Part shown: in pieces, positions 39,164 to 49,263 of the stretch
How the letters are laid out: each line of letters starts with the position of its first letter
How positions within the stretch are numbered: position 1 is the stretch's first letter
Source of the DNA: an uncultured Bacteroidales bacterium
GTDB taxonomy: Bacteria > Bacteroidota > Bacteroidia > Bacteroidales > GCA-2748055
DNA length: 64,000 bases
Assembly: GCA_963779845.1 (NCBI GenBank)
Contig: CAVZZV010000006.1
Location: 226,595-290,594 of the forward strand
Reading direction: 5' to 3'
Made by a program: the position numbers and the translations under genes
Notes under the pieces: generated by a model
What the model saw: the letters and a program-made list of their open reading frames with translations, nothing else
Database searches by the model: none
Told to the model about the DNA's origin: nothing

Positions 39164-40640
39164 ATGTCGTTTACTGAGGATAAAATAATTTCTGAAGGAT
39201 TAACTTTTGATGATGTCCTTCTGGTTCCTGCATACTCAAAGGTATTGCCCAGGGAAGCGGATCTTTCTACCATGTTTTCCAGAAATATTATGCTGAACAT
39301 CCCCATAGTTTCAGCAGCAATGGATACTGTTACCGATGCAGAACTGGCCATATCAATCGCGAGGGAAGGGGGCATTGGGGTTATCCACAAAAATATGCCG
39401 CTTGAAGAACAGGCTGCAGAGGTAAGAAGGGTGAAGCGGGCAGAGAGTGTAATGATCCATGAACCGATTACCATCCTAAAGGATTCTACTGTCAGCGACG
39501 CACTGAACCTGATGAAAGAATTCAAAATCGGGGGCATTCCTGTCGTGGATCCCGATAAGAAACTAATAGGGATCGTTACCAACCGCGACCTTCGTTTTGA
39601 ACAAAATATGCGAAGAAGTATTGGGGAGGTGATGACATCCAAAGATATTATAACCACCACCCAAAAAACGAATCTCTCACAGGCTTCTGAAATTCTTCAG
39701 CGACATAAAATCGAGAAATTCCGGTAGTGGATAACGATTACCGGCTTATCGGACTGATAACCTATAAAGACATTACTAAATCCAAAGACCGGCCAAATGC
39801 CTGCAAGGACAACAAGGGAAGATTACGGGTCGCTGCAGCAGCAGGTGTCACTTCCGACGCAATAAACAGAGTCGGTATCCTGATGGATGCAGGGGTAGAT
39901 GCCATTGTAATTGATACCTCCCACGGACATTCTGCCGGGGTCATTGAAACCCTTAAAAAACTCAAAAAGGCCTATGGTAAAGAGGAACTCGATATCATTG
40001 TAGGTAATATCGCAACGGCCGATGCTGCCAAGGCACTTGTCGAAGCGGGTGCAGACGGGATCAAAGTCGGAATAGGCCCCGGGTCCATTTGCACCACCAG
40101 GATTATTGCCGGAGTAGGCGTTCCTCAGTTAAGTGCTATCTATGATGTGGCCAAGGCAATAAAAAATTCAGGTGTCCCGGTTATCGGAGATGGCGGGATC
40201 CGTTATTCGGGCGATATTGTGAAAGCCATTGCCGCGGGGGCAAACTCCATCATGGCCGGCTCCCTGTTTGCCGGCGTGGAGGAATCGCCAGGCGAAACAA
40301 TTATCTATAATGGTAGAAAATACAAATCCTATCGGGGTATGGGTTCAATCGAAGCCATGCAGTTGGGATCCAAAGACCGGTATTTCCAGGATACCGAGGA
40401 AGACATCAAAAAACTTGTTCCTGAAGGAATCGCTGCCCGTGTGCCCTATAAAGGCACGATTACTGAAGTGGTCTATCAACTTATCGGAGGACTTCGTGCA
40501 GGCATGGGTTATTGTGGTTCAGCCACTATTAGTGATTTAATGAATGCCCGGTTTGTTCGAATAACCAATGCCGGTGTTACTGGAAAACCACCCCCATGAT
40601 GTTACTATAACAAGGGAAGTCACCAAATTACAGCCGATAA
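39164..40640 (+). pseudogene. guaB: IMP dehydrogenase with three indels (about 39719-39721, 40582-40583, about 40620); probably sequencing artefacts
   Basis: ORF 39164..39727 ends HKIEKFR*, and the GTG ORF 39727.. continues (V)DNDYRLIGLITYKDI. One missing base restores HKIEKLPVVDNDY. Catalytic loop [10 protein letters not shown] and GGIRYSGDI are present. The 3' end reads VTGKPPP*, but removing one G gives VTENHPHDVTITRE, and a further indel restores EAPNYSR*. Confidence 0.9.
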
Positions 40641-40717
40641 AATAAGATTACATTTCGCATCGTTATACTATCCACTGAAAGAAATCATTAAAACTTTAAT
40701 TTTATAAATCAAACATT

Positions 40718-42703
40718 ATGATTAGAAGAATTTAATTTTCATTGTTTGTATTGCTTTCCCTTTCTTTTCATGGAGTTCAGGCCCAGGATTATAAAGATGA
40801 GGTATTGCTCACCATCGATGGCAACGACATTACCGCCGGAGAGTTTGAAAGAATTTACCGCAAAAACAATAACGAAATCGATTCCGCAAAAACAAACCAT
40901 CGATGAATATCTCGAAATGTTCATCAATTTCAAGTTAAAGGTTACAGAGGCAGAAAACCTTGGAATGGACACGACGCAATCTTTCCTGAAGGAATATCAG
41001 CTCTTATCGTGATCAACTGGCCCAACCTTATCTTACAGACCCGGAGGCTTTGGACCACTTTGCCAAACAAGCTTATGAGAGGATGAAAAAAGAGATCCAT
41101 GCCAGCCATATCATGGTGCGACTAGATCCGAAGGCAGACCCTGAAGATACCCTTTATGCCTGGAATAAGGCAATGGAAATACGCAAAAAACTTCTCAAGG
41201 GAGAGGATTTTGAAAAAGTAGCCCGGGCTACCTCTGATGACCCTTCCGTAAAAAACAATGGTGGAGACCTTGGCTGGTTTACAGTATTTCAAGATGGTAC
41301 TTCCTTTTGAGGATGCAGCTTACACTACACCGGTAGGTGAAGTTTCTATGCCAGTGAGAAGCCAGTTCGGTTATCATATTATCAAAGTGGAAGAGGTCAG
41401 ACCCTGCCCGCGGAAGCTTTAAAGCAGCCCATATCTTACATCAGAGTCCCGAAAGTCAATGAGCCAGGAAGAGGCGGAGCAGGCCGCTAAACGAGTTACT
41501 GCCATCTTTGACAGCCTTCAAAACGGAACCGAATGGGGACAAGTGGTTAGAAATAACTCGGACGATAGATCCACTATCGATAAAGAGGGTGAACTGCCCT
41601 GGGTAACCTCCGGACAGATGATCCCTGAATTTGAAAATGCAGCTTATGCGATCGCAGAGGTAGGCGAAATCCACCCCCCTCTGCAATCTTCTTACGGTTG
41701 GCACATTATAAAACTACTGGGTAAAAAGGATATTGGCTCTTTCGAGGAAGAAAAACCAAATATCATCCCTCAGTTTTCAAAAGGCCCAAGAGATTTTCTT
41801 CAAAAAGAGGCATTTATTAGTTTTCTTAAAAAAGAGTACCATTACGAATATGTTCAGGGAAGTCTCAATGGGTTTTATCCCTATGTAGACAGTTCCGTGT
41901 TTTCCAATGAATGGGAAGCTTCATCCATCCCGGAAGAGCTTAAATCCCGGAAATTATTTACCAGTTCGGCTATTAATGGCAGTTACAAAGATTTCGCTGA
42001 TTTCCTGGCCAACGACCAATCCAGGGTCGCACCGATGAGCCTTCGGACCTTTGTTGACGAAAAGTTCAAAACCTTCGTGGACCAAAGCCTTTGGAATTAT
42101 GAAGACCGGCAACTGGAAAATAAATACCCGGATTTTGCCCATATTGTGCAGGAATACCATGATGGAATATTACTCTTCGATCTGACGGATAAACTGGTTT
42201 GGTCTCAGGCAGTAAAAGATACGGCGGGACTGGAGAAATATTATTCGCAACATGCAAGTGAGTACAAATGGCCGGAAAGGGCTGAAGCCTATACTGTTAT
42301 CGTAAAAGACAGCAGTAAGCTTGCCAAAGCATTAAAACTGACCTCTAAAAAGGCCAGGAAGAAGGATTTCAACCAGGAATACCTGCGTTCCCATTTATGC
42401 CCGGAAGATACCCTTACAAAATGTGTGGAGCTCATTTACGGAAAATATGAGAAAGGAGAAAATGAAGAGGTGGACAAAACCAACTGGAAACCAGGATTAG
42501 GCAAACCTTTCAAAAAAGAGGGAGAGGATGCCTTTGTTTTCATAATTTCAAAACTTAAACCATCGGTTAAAAAACTTGACGAAACCCGCGGACAGGTAAC
42601 CGCCGATTATCAAAAATTTCTGGAAGACAATTGGATTTCTGATTTACGGGACAAATATGAAGTAAAGGTCAACGAGGATGTCCTTAAAAAAATAAAGCAA
42701 TAA
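40718..42703 (+). pseudogene. PpiD/SurA-like periplasmic chaperone with two parvulin (PpiC-type) PPIase domains; 5' third multiply disrupted
   Basis: An in-frame TAA lies at 40733-40735 inside the signal peptide (MIRRI*FSLFVLLSLSFHGVQAQ). Frame changes occur near 40888-40892 (A-run), 41000, 41293, 41402-41404 (C-run) and 41445-41458. The repaired sequence contains HASHIMV...[21 protein letters not shown]...GYHIIKVEE, and the intact part from 41459 contains GELPWVTSGQMIPEFENAAY...YGWHIIKLL. Confidence 0.75.
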
Positions 42704-43546
42704 ATGCCACTTAAAACAATCGGCTTTTTAGCGATTCTATCGATCGCCTGCGCCTGCCAACGAAGAGACACTTCAGGCAATGAACAGGCGGTGGCGAGGG
42801 TATATAATTCCTTGCTCTACCCTTCCGACCTGGCGGGGCAGATCGACCGGGGTTTATCAGACAACGACAGTTCTTTGGTTGCGAAAAGGCTAATTGAAGA
42901 ATGGGTCCGAAATAAACTACTGCTAAGAGAAGCTGAAAATGCTTTATCGGAAAATGAAAAATCAATTCAAAAGCAAGTTGATGAATACCGATCTTCACTG
43001 CTTATCTATAAATATAAGCAGGATCTTTTGAGTGCTAATCTTGATACCATGGTATCTGAAGAAGAGATATTGGACTATTATACTGAAAATTCATCCAATT
43101 ATATTTCCGATGCCGATCTGATAAGGGTTAACTACGTAAAAGTACCGGTATCCTCAACTGATGTGTCAAGCATCAGAAGATGGTACAGGTCTGAAAAGGA
43201 GGATGATCTCAGCCAGTTACAAAATTATTGCCTCAGGAAGAATATTGAATGCCTTATTCAGAGTGAATGGGAAAAATTTAGCGAATTCGCCGAAAACACG
43301 AATCTGACTCCTGAAATGCCAAAACACTACCAGCAAAAAAGCCATATCGAGATTAACAAAGATGGGTATTTCCATTTTATTTATATTATTGAAAAAATTT
43401 CTGAAGGGAACATTTCCCCCTTCGCTCTGGTGAAGGATGATATTCATAGTGTAATTATGAACAAACGGAAGGTTCAGTATATTAAAGACATGGAAAATAC
43501 TGTTTATAAGGAAGGGTTAAGCAGGAACCAGGTAGTCTTTTATTAG
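42704..43546 (+). CDS. hypothetical lipoprotein, possibly a SurA-N-like chaperone domain protein
   Basis: 280 aa. Signal LAILSIACAC. The ATG immediately follows the upstream TAA. The segment LVAKRLIEEWVRNKLLLREAE resembles SurA/PpiD N-terminal chaperone helices, but the resemblance is weak. Confidence 0.4.
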   Translation: MPLKTIGFLAILSIACACQRRDTSGNEQAVARVYNSLLYPSDLAGQIDRGLSDNDSSLVAKRLIEEWVRNKLLLREAENALSENEKSIQKQVDEYRSSLLIYKYKQDLLSANLDTMVSEEEILDYYTENSSNYISDADLIRVNYVKVPVSSTDVSSIRRWYRSEKEDDLSQLQNYCLRKNIECLIQSEWEKFSEFAENTNLTPEMPKHYQQKSHIEINKDGYFHFIYIIEKISEGNISPFALVKDDIHSVIMNKRKVQYIKDMENTVYKEGLSRNQVVFY

Positions 43547-43644
43547 AAAAACTAACATTATTGACAACCGGTAAAACCCTGATAAATCGGCCGGAACGAA
43601 CCGGGGAATAGTAGAAAACATATCCATTTTGAAGCTATAATACA

Positions 43645-45003
43645 ATGACTATAAAGAGAAAAATGAATTACTACATAAGAAACCTGATATTGCTGATTGC
43701 AATAAATATTTTTTCCATAAGCTTGTATTCACAGGCAATGATGATTGACAGGGTTGTTGGAATCGTAGGGGACTTCACCATTCTACAGTCCGATATCGAA
43801 ACCCAATATCTTCAATACCGGGGACAGGGCATTAACATGCCCGATTTCAAATGTATGATCTTCCGAGACATGATCCATCAAAAATTATTTCTAAATCAAT
43901 CCAAAATTGATAGTATAGAAATATCGGAATCGAATGTGGAATTGGAGTTAAACCGCCGGATGCAATATTTTATCAATCAGGTTGGTTCTCAGGAGGAGTT
44001 GGAAGATTATTTTGGCAAACCGGTGATACAAATAAAAGAGGATTTCAGGGAAGATATCCGGAATATGCTCATTACCCAGACAATGCAGAGGAATATAACT
44101 GAGAATATAAAGATTACTCCGTCGGAAGTCAGGAGATTTTTTAATTCGATGCCAAAAGACAGTATCCCTTTTATAGATGCCCAGGTAGAAATCCAGCAAA
44201 TCCTACGTTATCCCCCAATGAATGAAGATGCCATTTTTGAAGTAAAAGAAAGGCTGCTTGACTTGAGAAAAAGGATTCTTGATGGGGACAGTTTTGAAAC
44301 ACTGGCCATTCTTTATTCGGAAGACCCCGGGTCGGCCGTTGAAGGAGGGGAAATCGGCTACATGGCCAGGGGAGAACTGGATCCGGAATATGCGAAAGCC
44401 GCCTTTAGCCTCAAAATAGGGGGTATTTCGAAAATCGTCGAATCAGAGTTTGGCTTTCATATTATCCAATTGATAAAACGCCGGGACGAGACAGTCAATA
44501 CCCGGCATATCCTAATGAAACCAAAGATTTCGCCGGAATCGCGAAAAGCCGCTATTGACAAGCTCGACAGCATTTTGATTGAAATACGACGCGATAGTAT
44601 CAATTTTGAAAAAGCAGCCCTATATTTTTCGGAAGATAAAAATTCAGCCGTGAACCAGGGATTGCTGGTCAATCCGGAAACCAATTCAACCCAGTTCGAA
44701 CTTACCAATCTTGATCCTAAAGACTACCTCATTGCAAGGGATCTTAAAATCGGTGAGATTTCCGATCCCTATGAATCTCTCGACGAGAACAAAAAAGTTA
44801 TATACAAAATTATTAAGCTCAAATCGAGAACTGATCCACACAAAGCCAATCTGGACCAGGATTATATGCTAATTCAGAATATGGCCCTGGCACAGAAAAA
44901 CGAAAAAGTAATCCAGGATTGGCTCAGTGAGAAGGAGAAAGAAACATATATCCACATAGACAAGTCATTTTCAGATTGCAGCATTGATATAAACGGGGAA
45001 TAA
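43645..45003 (+). CDS. SurA-like peptidyl-prolyl isomerase/chaperone
   Basis: 452 aa. The signal region is followed by IDRVVGIVGDFTILQSDIE (SurA_N-like). Parvulin domain: GGEIGYMARGELDPEYAKAAF...FGFHIIQL. Confidence 0.8.
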   Translation: MTIKRKMNYYIRNLILLIAINIFSISLYSQAMMIDRVVGIVGDFTILQSDIETQYLQYRGQGINMPDFKCMIFRDMIHQKLFLNQSKIDSIEISESNVELELNRRMQYFINQVGSQEELEDYFGKPVIQIKEDFREDIRNMLITQTMQRNITENIKITPSEVRRFFNSMPKDSIPFIDAQVEIQQILRYPPMNEDAIFEVKERLLDLRKRILDGDSFETLAILYSEDPGSAVEGGEIGYMARGELDPEYAKAAFSLKIGGISKIVESEFGFHIIQLIKRRDETVNTRHILMKPKISPESRKAAIDKLDSILIEIRRDSINFEKAALYFSEDKNSAVNQGLLVNPETNSTQFELTNLDPKDYLIARDLKIGEISDPYESLDENKKVIYKIIKLKSRTDPHKANLDQDYMLIQNMALAQKNEKVIQDWLSEKEKETYIHIDKSFSDCSIDINGE

Positions 45004-45026
45004 CTTCCACCTCACTCCGGACCCAT

Positions 45027-46613
45027 ATGGATGGTATTCATAAATATTCTGAACTGTTTGCCTTTCAGGCTTGTGGATTCAGTAATAAGCGGTTGGGCAG
45101 GGTTTTTTACATTTTGCTTATAAGCTTATCCTACCTTCTGTTTTTCAGCAGTCACCCGCTATATTCCCAAAAAATAAGGAAAATAGATCTTAATGCAAAT
45201 TTTATCGAATTTGACAATGAGCTCGGGAATAATGCAAAACGGCTGATCGGGGATGTGCAGTTTTCACATGAAGGAATACTAATGACCTGCGATAGCGCCT
45301 ATTTTTACTCGGAAGAAAATACCGTGGATGCATACAGCAATGTTCACCTCTGGCAGGGAGATACCCTAGATCTTTATGGGGACTTTCTTAAATACCGGGG
45401 AGATATCCGGATGGCAAATGTACGGAATAACGTTATTCTTATCGATAAGGAAAGTAAGCTCACTACCGAATATATTGATTATGACTTCTCAAAAGATCTG
45501 GCTTTTTACCTCGGTGGGGGTATCATTGTCAATGGCAACAATACCCTGGAATCAGAACAAGGGTATTATCACTCCAAGCAAAAGCTTTTGTTTTTCAAGG
45601 ACAGCGTGGTAGTAATCAATCCTGACTATAAGATGTATTCAGATACACTTAAATACAATACTGTCACCGAAGTTGCTTATTTCCTGGGCCCTACCGATAT
45701 TATTTCGGAGGAGAATTTCATTTATTGTGAAAATGGCTGGTACGATACCCGTAACAATATTTCCCAGTTTAACCAAAATGCCTGGCTTGAAAATGAAGGC
45801 AAAATTTTACGCGGCGATAGTTTGTATTATGAAAGGAATGCCGGTATGGGAAAAGCATACAATCATGTTGAGCTTATTGACACTACTAAAAACATAATTT
45901 TAAGAGGAAATTATGCATTGTACTTTGAGGCTTCAGATAACGCATTGCTTACCGATAGTGCATTAATGATTCAGATCGATAACAGCCAGGATTCGATCTT
46001 TATTCATGCCGATACCCTGAAATCAGTCCCCGATAGCCTTCCCGATTTTAAAACCATCCAGGCCTACAACCATGTGAAAATATATAGTAAGGACCTGCAG
46101 GGAAAATGTGATTCCCTTGTGTATACCGAAAGTGATTCAGCTTTCAGGTTTTTCGGCGAGCCAGTGATATGGTCGGATGAGAACCAGCTTACCGCAGAAC
46201 TTGTTGAAGTTTTTACAAAAAATCAGAAAATCGATCACATTAAAATGAACAATGGGGCTTTCATTATTTCTGAAGAGGACAGCAGTCACTTTAACCAGAT
46301 AAAAGGAAGAAACATGACCGGTTATTTTAAAGAGGGTAAATTAAAATATGTGGATGTAAACGGGAATGGTCAAACACTCTATTATGTTCCGGAGGAAGAG
46401 ACCCTGATCGGGGCGAACAAAGCTGAAAGTTCCAGCCTGAAAATTTATCTGGAGGAGAATAAGATTTCAAGAATTAATTTTCTAACAGAACCAGCAGCCG
46501 TATATTATCCAATCGGACTTCTCTTGCCCAATGATGCCATACTGGCTGATTTCAAATGGCTGGAGGAATACCGTCCGCTAAATATGAAAGATGTGTTCCG
46601 ATGGAAAGAATAG
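45027..46613 (+). CDS. OstA/LptA-like beta-jellyroll repeat protein
   Basis: 528 aa. The N-terminal hydrophobic region is followed by repeated OstA-like units (AKRLIGDVQFSHEGILMTCDSAYFY...NVHLWQGDTLDLYGD...). It is the last gene of the chaperone cluster. Confidence 0.6.
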   Translation: MDGIHKYSELFAFQACGFSNKRLGRVFYILLISLSYLLFFSSHPLYSQKIRKIDLNANFIEFDNELGNNAKRLIGDVQFSHEGILMTCDSAYFYSEENTVDAYSNVHLWQGDTLDLYGDFLKYRGDIRMANVRNNVILIDKESKLTTEYIDYDFSKDLAFYLGGGIIVNGNNTLESEQGYYHSKQKLLFFKDSVVVINPDYKMYSDTLKYNTVTEVAYFLGPTDIISEENFIYCENGWYDTRNNISQFNQNAWLENEGKILRGDSLYYERNAGMGKAYNHVELIDTTKNIILRGNYALYFEASDNALLTDSALMIQIDNSQDSIFIHADTLKSVPDSLPDFKTIQAYNHVKIYSKDLQGKCDSLVYTESDSAFRFFGEPVIWSDENQLTAELVEVFTKNQKIDHIKMNNGAFIISEEDSSHFNQIKGRNMTGYFKEGKLKYVDVNGNGQTLYYVPEEETLIGANKAESSSLKIYLEENKISRINFLTEPAAVYYPIGLLLPNDAILADFKWLEEYRPLNMKDVFRWKE

Positions 46614-46643
46614 ATGTTCCCCTTTTAGTATTGCTTGAAAAGA

Positions 46644-46865
46644 TCAATATTCATCTTCATTGAAGAAAAAATCGTCCTTGCTGGGATAGTCAGGCCAGAT
46701 ATCCTCTATACTTTCATATATATCCCCCTCATCTTCAATTTCCTGTAAATTTTCTATTACTTCCAGAGGTGCTCCCGATCTGATCGCGAAGTCGATAAGC
46801 TCCTCTTTCGTGGCTGGCCAGGGAGCGTCCTCAAGTTTTGATGCTAATTCTAAAGTCCAATACAT
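46644..46865 (-). CDS. DUF2795 domain small acidic protein
   Basis: 73 aa. PWPATKEELIDFAIRSGAPLEVIENLQEIED matches my recollection of the DUF2795 pattern. Confidence 0.65.
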   Translation of the reverse strand: MYWTLELASKLEDAPWPATKEELIDFAIRSGAPLEVIENLQEIEDEGDIYESIEDIWPDYPSKDDFFFNEDEY

Positions 46866-46915
46866 AATGACAAAAATCTATTTTGCTAAATTTTTGTTTA
46901 AATTTTAAAGTTGCG

Positions 46916-46923
46916 CAAATATA
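46916..46923 (-). promoter_or_regulatory. candidate -7 box (TATATTTG) for the DUF2795 gene
   Basis: Plus-strand CAAATATA is minus-strand TATATTTG, 51 nt upstream of the ATG at 46865. Confidence 0.35.
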
Positions 46924-46936
46924 AAAACTTTTTTCA

Positions 46937-47485
46937 TTATTTCACCTCTGGTTTCCAAAGAATTTCTTTTAAGCCTAACTCCCTAATTATCAGTCTTGAA
47001 AGGACAAAAAAGTAATCTGAAAGACGGTTGAGGTATGTGATTGTAAGTGGGGCAACGTCAGATTCATTCGCTAACCGGGTAACAACTCTTTCAGCACGGC
47101 GGGTGATTGTCCTGGCAACATGGCAGTAAGAAGATCCGATATTTCCGCCGGGAAGGACAAACGACTTTAAAGGAAAAAGCTTTTGCTCCATCCTGTCTAT
47201 TTCATCCTCCAGCTTTCTGATATCATCTTTTGATATCCCTGGCAGCTCAACCGGATTTTGCTCATCCAATGAAAGTATGGCAGTCAGGGTCATCAACCGG
47301 TCCTGAATGTGAAAAAGAAATCTCCTCTTATCTTCTCCTTCCACCGAATCGATTAATACAGCGACGAAAGCCATTAACTCATCAACGGTTCCATAGGCCT
47401 CGATCCTGACATGATGTTTAGGGACCCGTCTGCCACCCAGAAGAGAAGTGTTCCCATCATCTCCAAGTTTAGTATAAATTTTCAA
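46937..47485 (-). CDS. PduO-type ATP:cob(I)alamin adenosyltransferase
   Basis: 182 aa. MKIYTKLGDDGNTSLLGGRRVPKHHVRIEAYGTVDEL. Confidence 0.88.
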   Translation of the reverse strand: MKIYTKLGDDGNTSLLGGRRVPKHHVRIEAYGTVDELMAFVAVLIDSVEGEDKRRFLFHIQDRLMTLTAILSLDEQNPVELPGISKDDIRKLEDEIDRMEQKLFPLKSFVLPGGNIGSSYCHVARTITRRAERVVTRLANESDVAPLTITYLNRLSDYFFVLSRLIIRELGLKEILWKPEVK

Positions 47486-47499
47486 TATTTCTTATGGTT

Positions 47500-48213
47500 T
47501 CAGCTAGTAACAAGTGTGGCAATGGGATGTTCATTAACCACATCCGAATCGATCAGGCCATCCTTCAGCCTGATGATGCGATGAGCATGCAGGGCAATTT
47601 CCTCTTCATGCGTAACAAGGATCATGGTATTGCCCCTGCGGTGGATTTCCCCAAAGAGACCCATAATATCTTCAGAGGTTTTTGAATCAAGGTTACCTGT
47701 AGGCTCATCCGCGAGGATGATGGATGGATCGTTTACCATAGCACGGGCCACAGCGACCCTTTGCCTTTGGCCACCGGACAATTCGTTAGGCCGATGGAGC
47801 ATTCTGTCCGTAAGGCTTACGCTTTCAATAACTTCTTTGGCCCGTTGCTCACGAAAAGATTTCGACTTCCCGGCATAAATAAGAGGAAGCATAACATTTT
47901 CAAGAGCTGTATAGCGCGGCAGAAGGTTAAAAGTCTGAAAAATAAAGCCAATTTCATTATTCCGTACATCAGCCAGCTCATTATCATCCATTTTGCTTAC
48001 ATCTGTACCATTCAGTATATATTTCCCTTTAGATAGGGTATCCAGACATCCAATGAGGTTCATAAGTGTTGATTTGCCCGAACCGGAGGGCCCCATGATG
48101 GCCACATACTCATTCTTCATGATGCTTATGGAAATTCCCTGCAGGGCTTTTACCACTATACTTCCGATATAATAATTCTTATGAAGGTTTTCCAGTTGAA
48201 TAATCGCTGACAT
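47500..48213 (-). CDS. ABC transporter ATP-binding protein (MacB/LolD/FtsE-like), with no permease gene adjacent
   Basis: 237 aa. Motifs: Walker [10 protein letters not shown], signature [14 protein letters not shown], Walker [12 protein letters not shown]. Confidence 0.9.
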   Translation of the reverse strand: MSAIIQLENLHKNYYIGSIVVKALQGISISIMKNEYVAIMGPSGSGKSTLMNLIGCLDTLSKGKYILNGTDVSKMDDNELADVRNNEIGFIFQTFNLLPRYTALENVMLPLIYAGKSKSFREQRAKEVIESVSLTDRMLHRPNELSGGQRQRVAVARAMVNDPSIILADEPTGNLDSKTSEDIMGLFGEIHRRGNTMILVTHEEEIALHAHRIIRLKDGLIDSDVVNEHPIATLVTS

Positions 48214-48274
48214 ATTAAAGATTTTAAAAATTATACGAATTTAATTATATATCGGGAAAAAGAAGAGGAAAGCA

Positions 48275-49102
48275 TTAAAAATTAATCCGGTAATGCTGTT
48301 TATGCATTCCTTTTCGAAAAAAAACCAATCCCATGGAGAACAAATCAATACTTATACTGACATTTTCATCAAGGCATATTTCATTCCATGCCTGCTCCAT
48401 CTCTTCCGACCAGTGAATATCATCAAAGACAAGCAGGGAATCCTCCCGGCACAGTCCGGACAGCCTTTGAAAATATCGGATAGTTGGGGCGTATAGATGA
48501 TTTCCATCAATAAATGCCATAAAGGGATGTTTTGGTACATGAAAGGTTTCCAGAAATTTATCGAAATCCATACTCACAAATTTCACGGGTTTCCAGCTCC
48601 TGGAATTAAATTCCTCTTCTGCGAACTGCACCTTGTCTTCAGAACCTTCCACACTTGTTATTTCGGCCGTGGAGGGTGCATTTCTTAAATAGGCGGTACT
48701 TATTCCAAGCCCCGTTCCAAGTTCGAGAATGGAGGCACAACGAGAATAGCCTACGAGGTGGAACAAGAACTTTCCCACCCGGGGGCTAATCCCGGTTCCT
48801 GAGACAATATCCCGAACTTTTCTGCGCCCCCCTCTACCACTTACCGGCCCGGCACCATAATTACCCGTTTCTATAAGGTCCCTCCTTCCTCTCAATGACC
48901 AGTGCCAACATTGAACCTCTTTTAAAGCCTTGTCGGGCGAGGAATCCTTAAAAACTTCCCTAAGCAGCTTAAAAACAAAAGGGGAATGGATCCCGAATCC
49001 TTTGTATGAATAGGCTTTAAGCCGATGAATGAAATATTTATAACTGAGTATCGACAAGCTATATCGGCTGCTTGCCCTGGCATTGGTTTCTGCATTTTTC
49101 AC
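48275..49102 (-). CDS. class I SAM-dependent methyltransferase (O-methyltransferase-like)
   Basis: 275 aa. SAM motif ILELGTGLGISTAYL and downstream FIDGNH. Confidence 0.6.
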   Translation of the reverse strand: MKNAETNARASSRYSLSILSYKYFIHRLKAYSYKGFGIHSPFVFKLLREVFKDSSPDKALKEVQCWHWSLRGRRDLIETGNYGAGPVSGRGGRRKVRDIVSGTGISPRVGKFLFHLVGYSRCASILELGTGLGISTAYLRNAPSTAEITSVEGSEDKVQFAEEEFNSRSWKPVKFVSMDFDKFLETFHVPKHPFMAFIDGNHLYAPTIRYFQRLSGLCREDSLLVFDDIHWSEEMEQAWNEICLDENVSISIDLFSMGLVFFRKGMHKQHYRINF

Positions 49103-49263
49103 TCTTTAAAAGTAATTTTTTCTTTTCTTAATACAATAGGGTAAGAAATCAACGTAATTAAATTTCCGGTGCTCTTAGCCTCTCCGCTTAACACAACCCA
49201 ATTAAACAAAATTATAGTAGTCAACCGGGATATTTTTCCCATCTTTATCCTTTCGAAAAATGA

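Noticed and set aside
39157-39660. 167-aa minus-strand ORF antisense to the guaB 5' half
   Set aside because: It is a shadow ORF. The plus strand encodes canonical IMPDH motifs, and the antisense product has no recognisable features.
40733-40735. In-frame TAA in the PpiD-like signal peptide, considered as possible stop-codon recoding
   Set aside because: It lies inside the indel-dense block. A downstream TTG (40742) could also serve as the start. No other evidence of reassigned stops exists in the window, since all other genes end normally at TAA, TAG or TGA.
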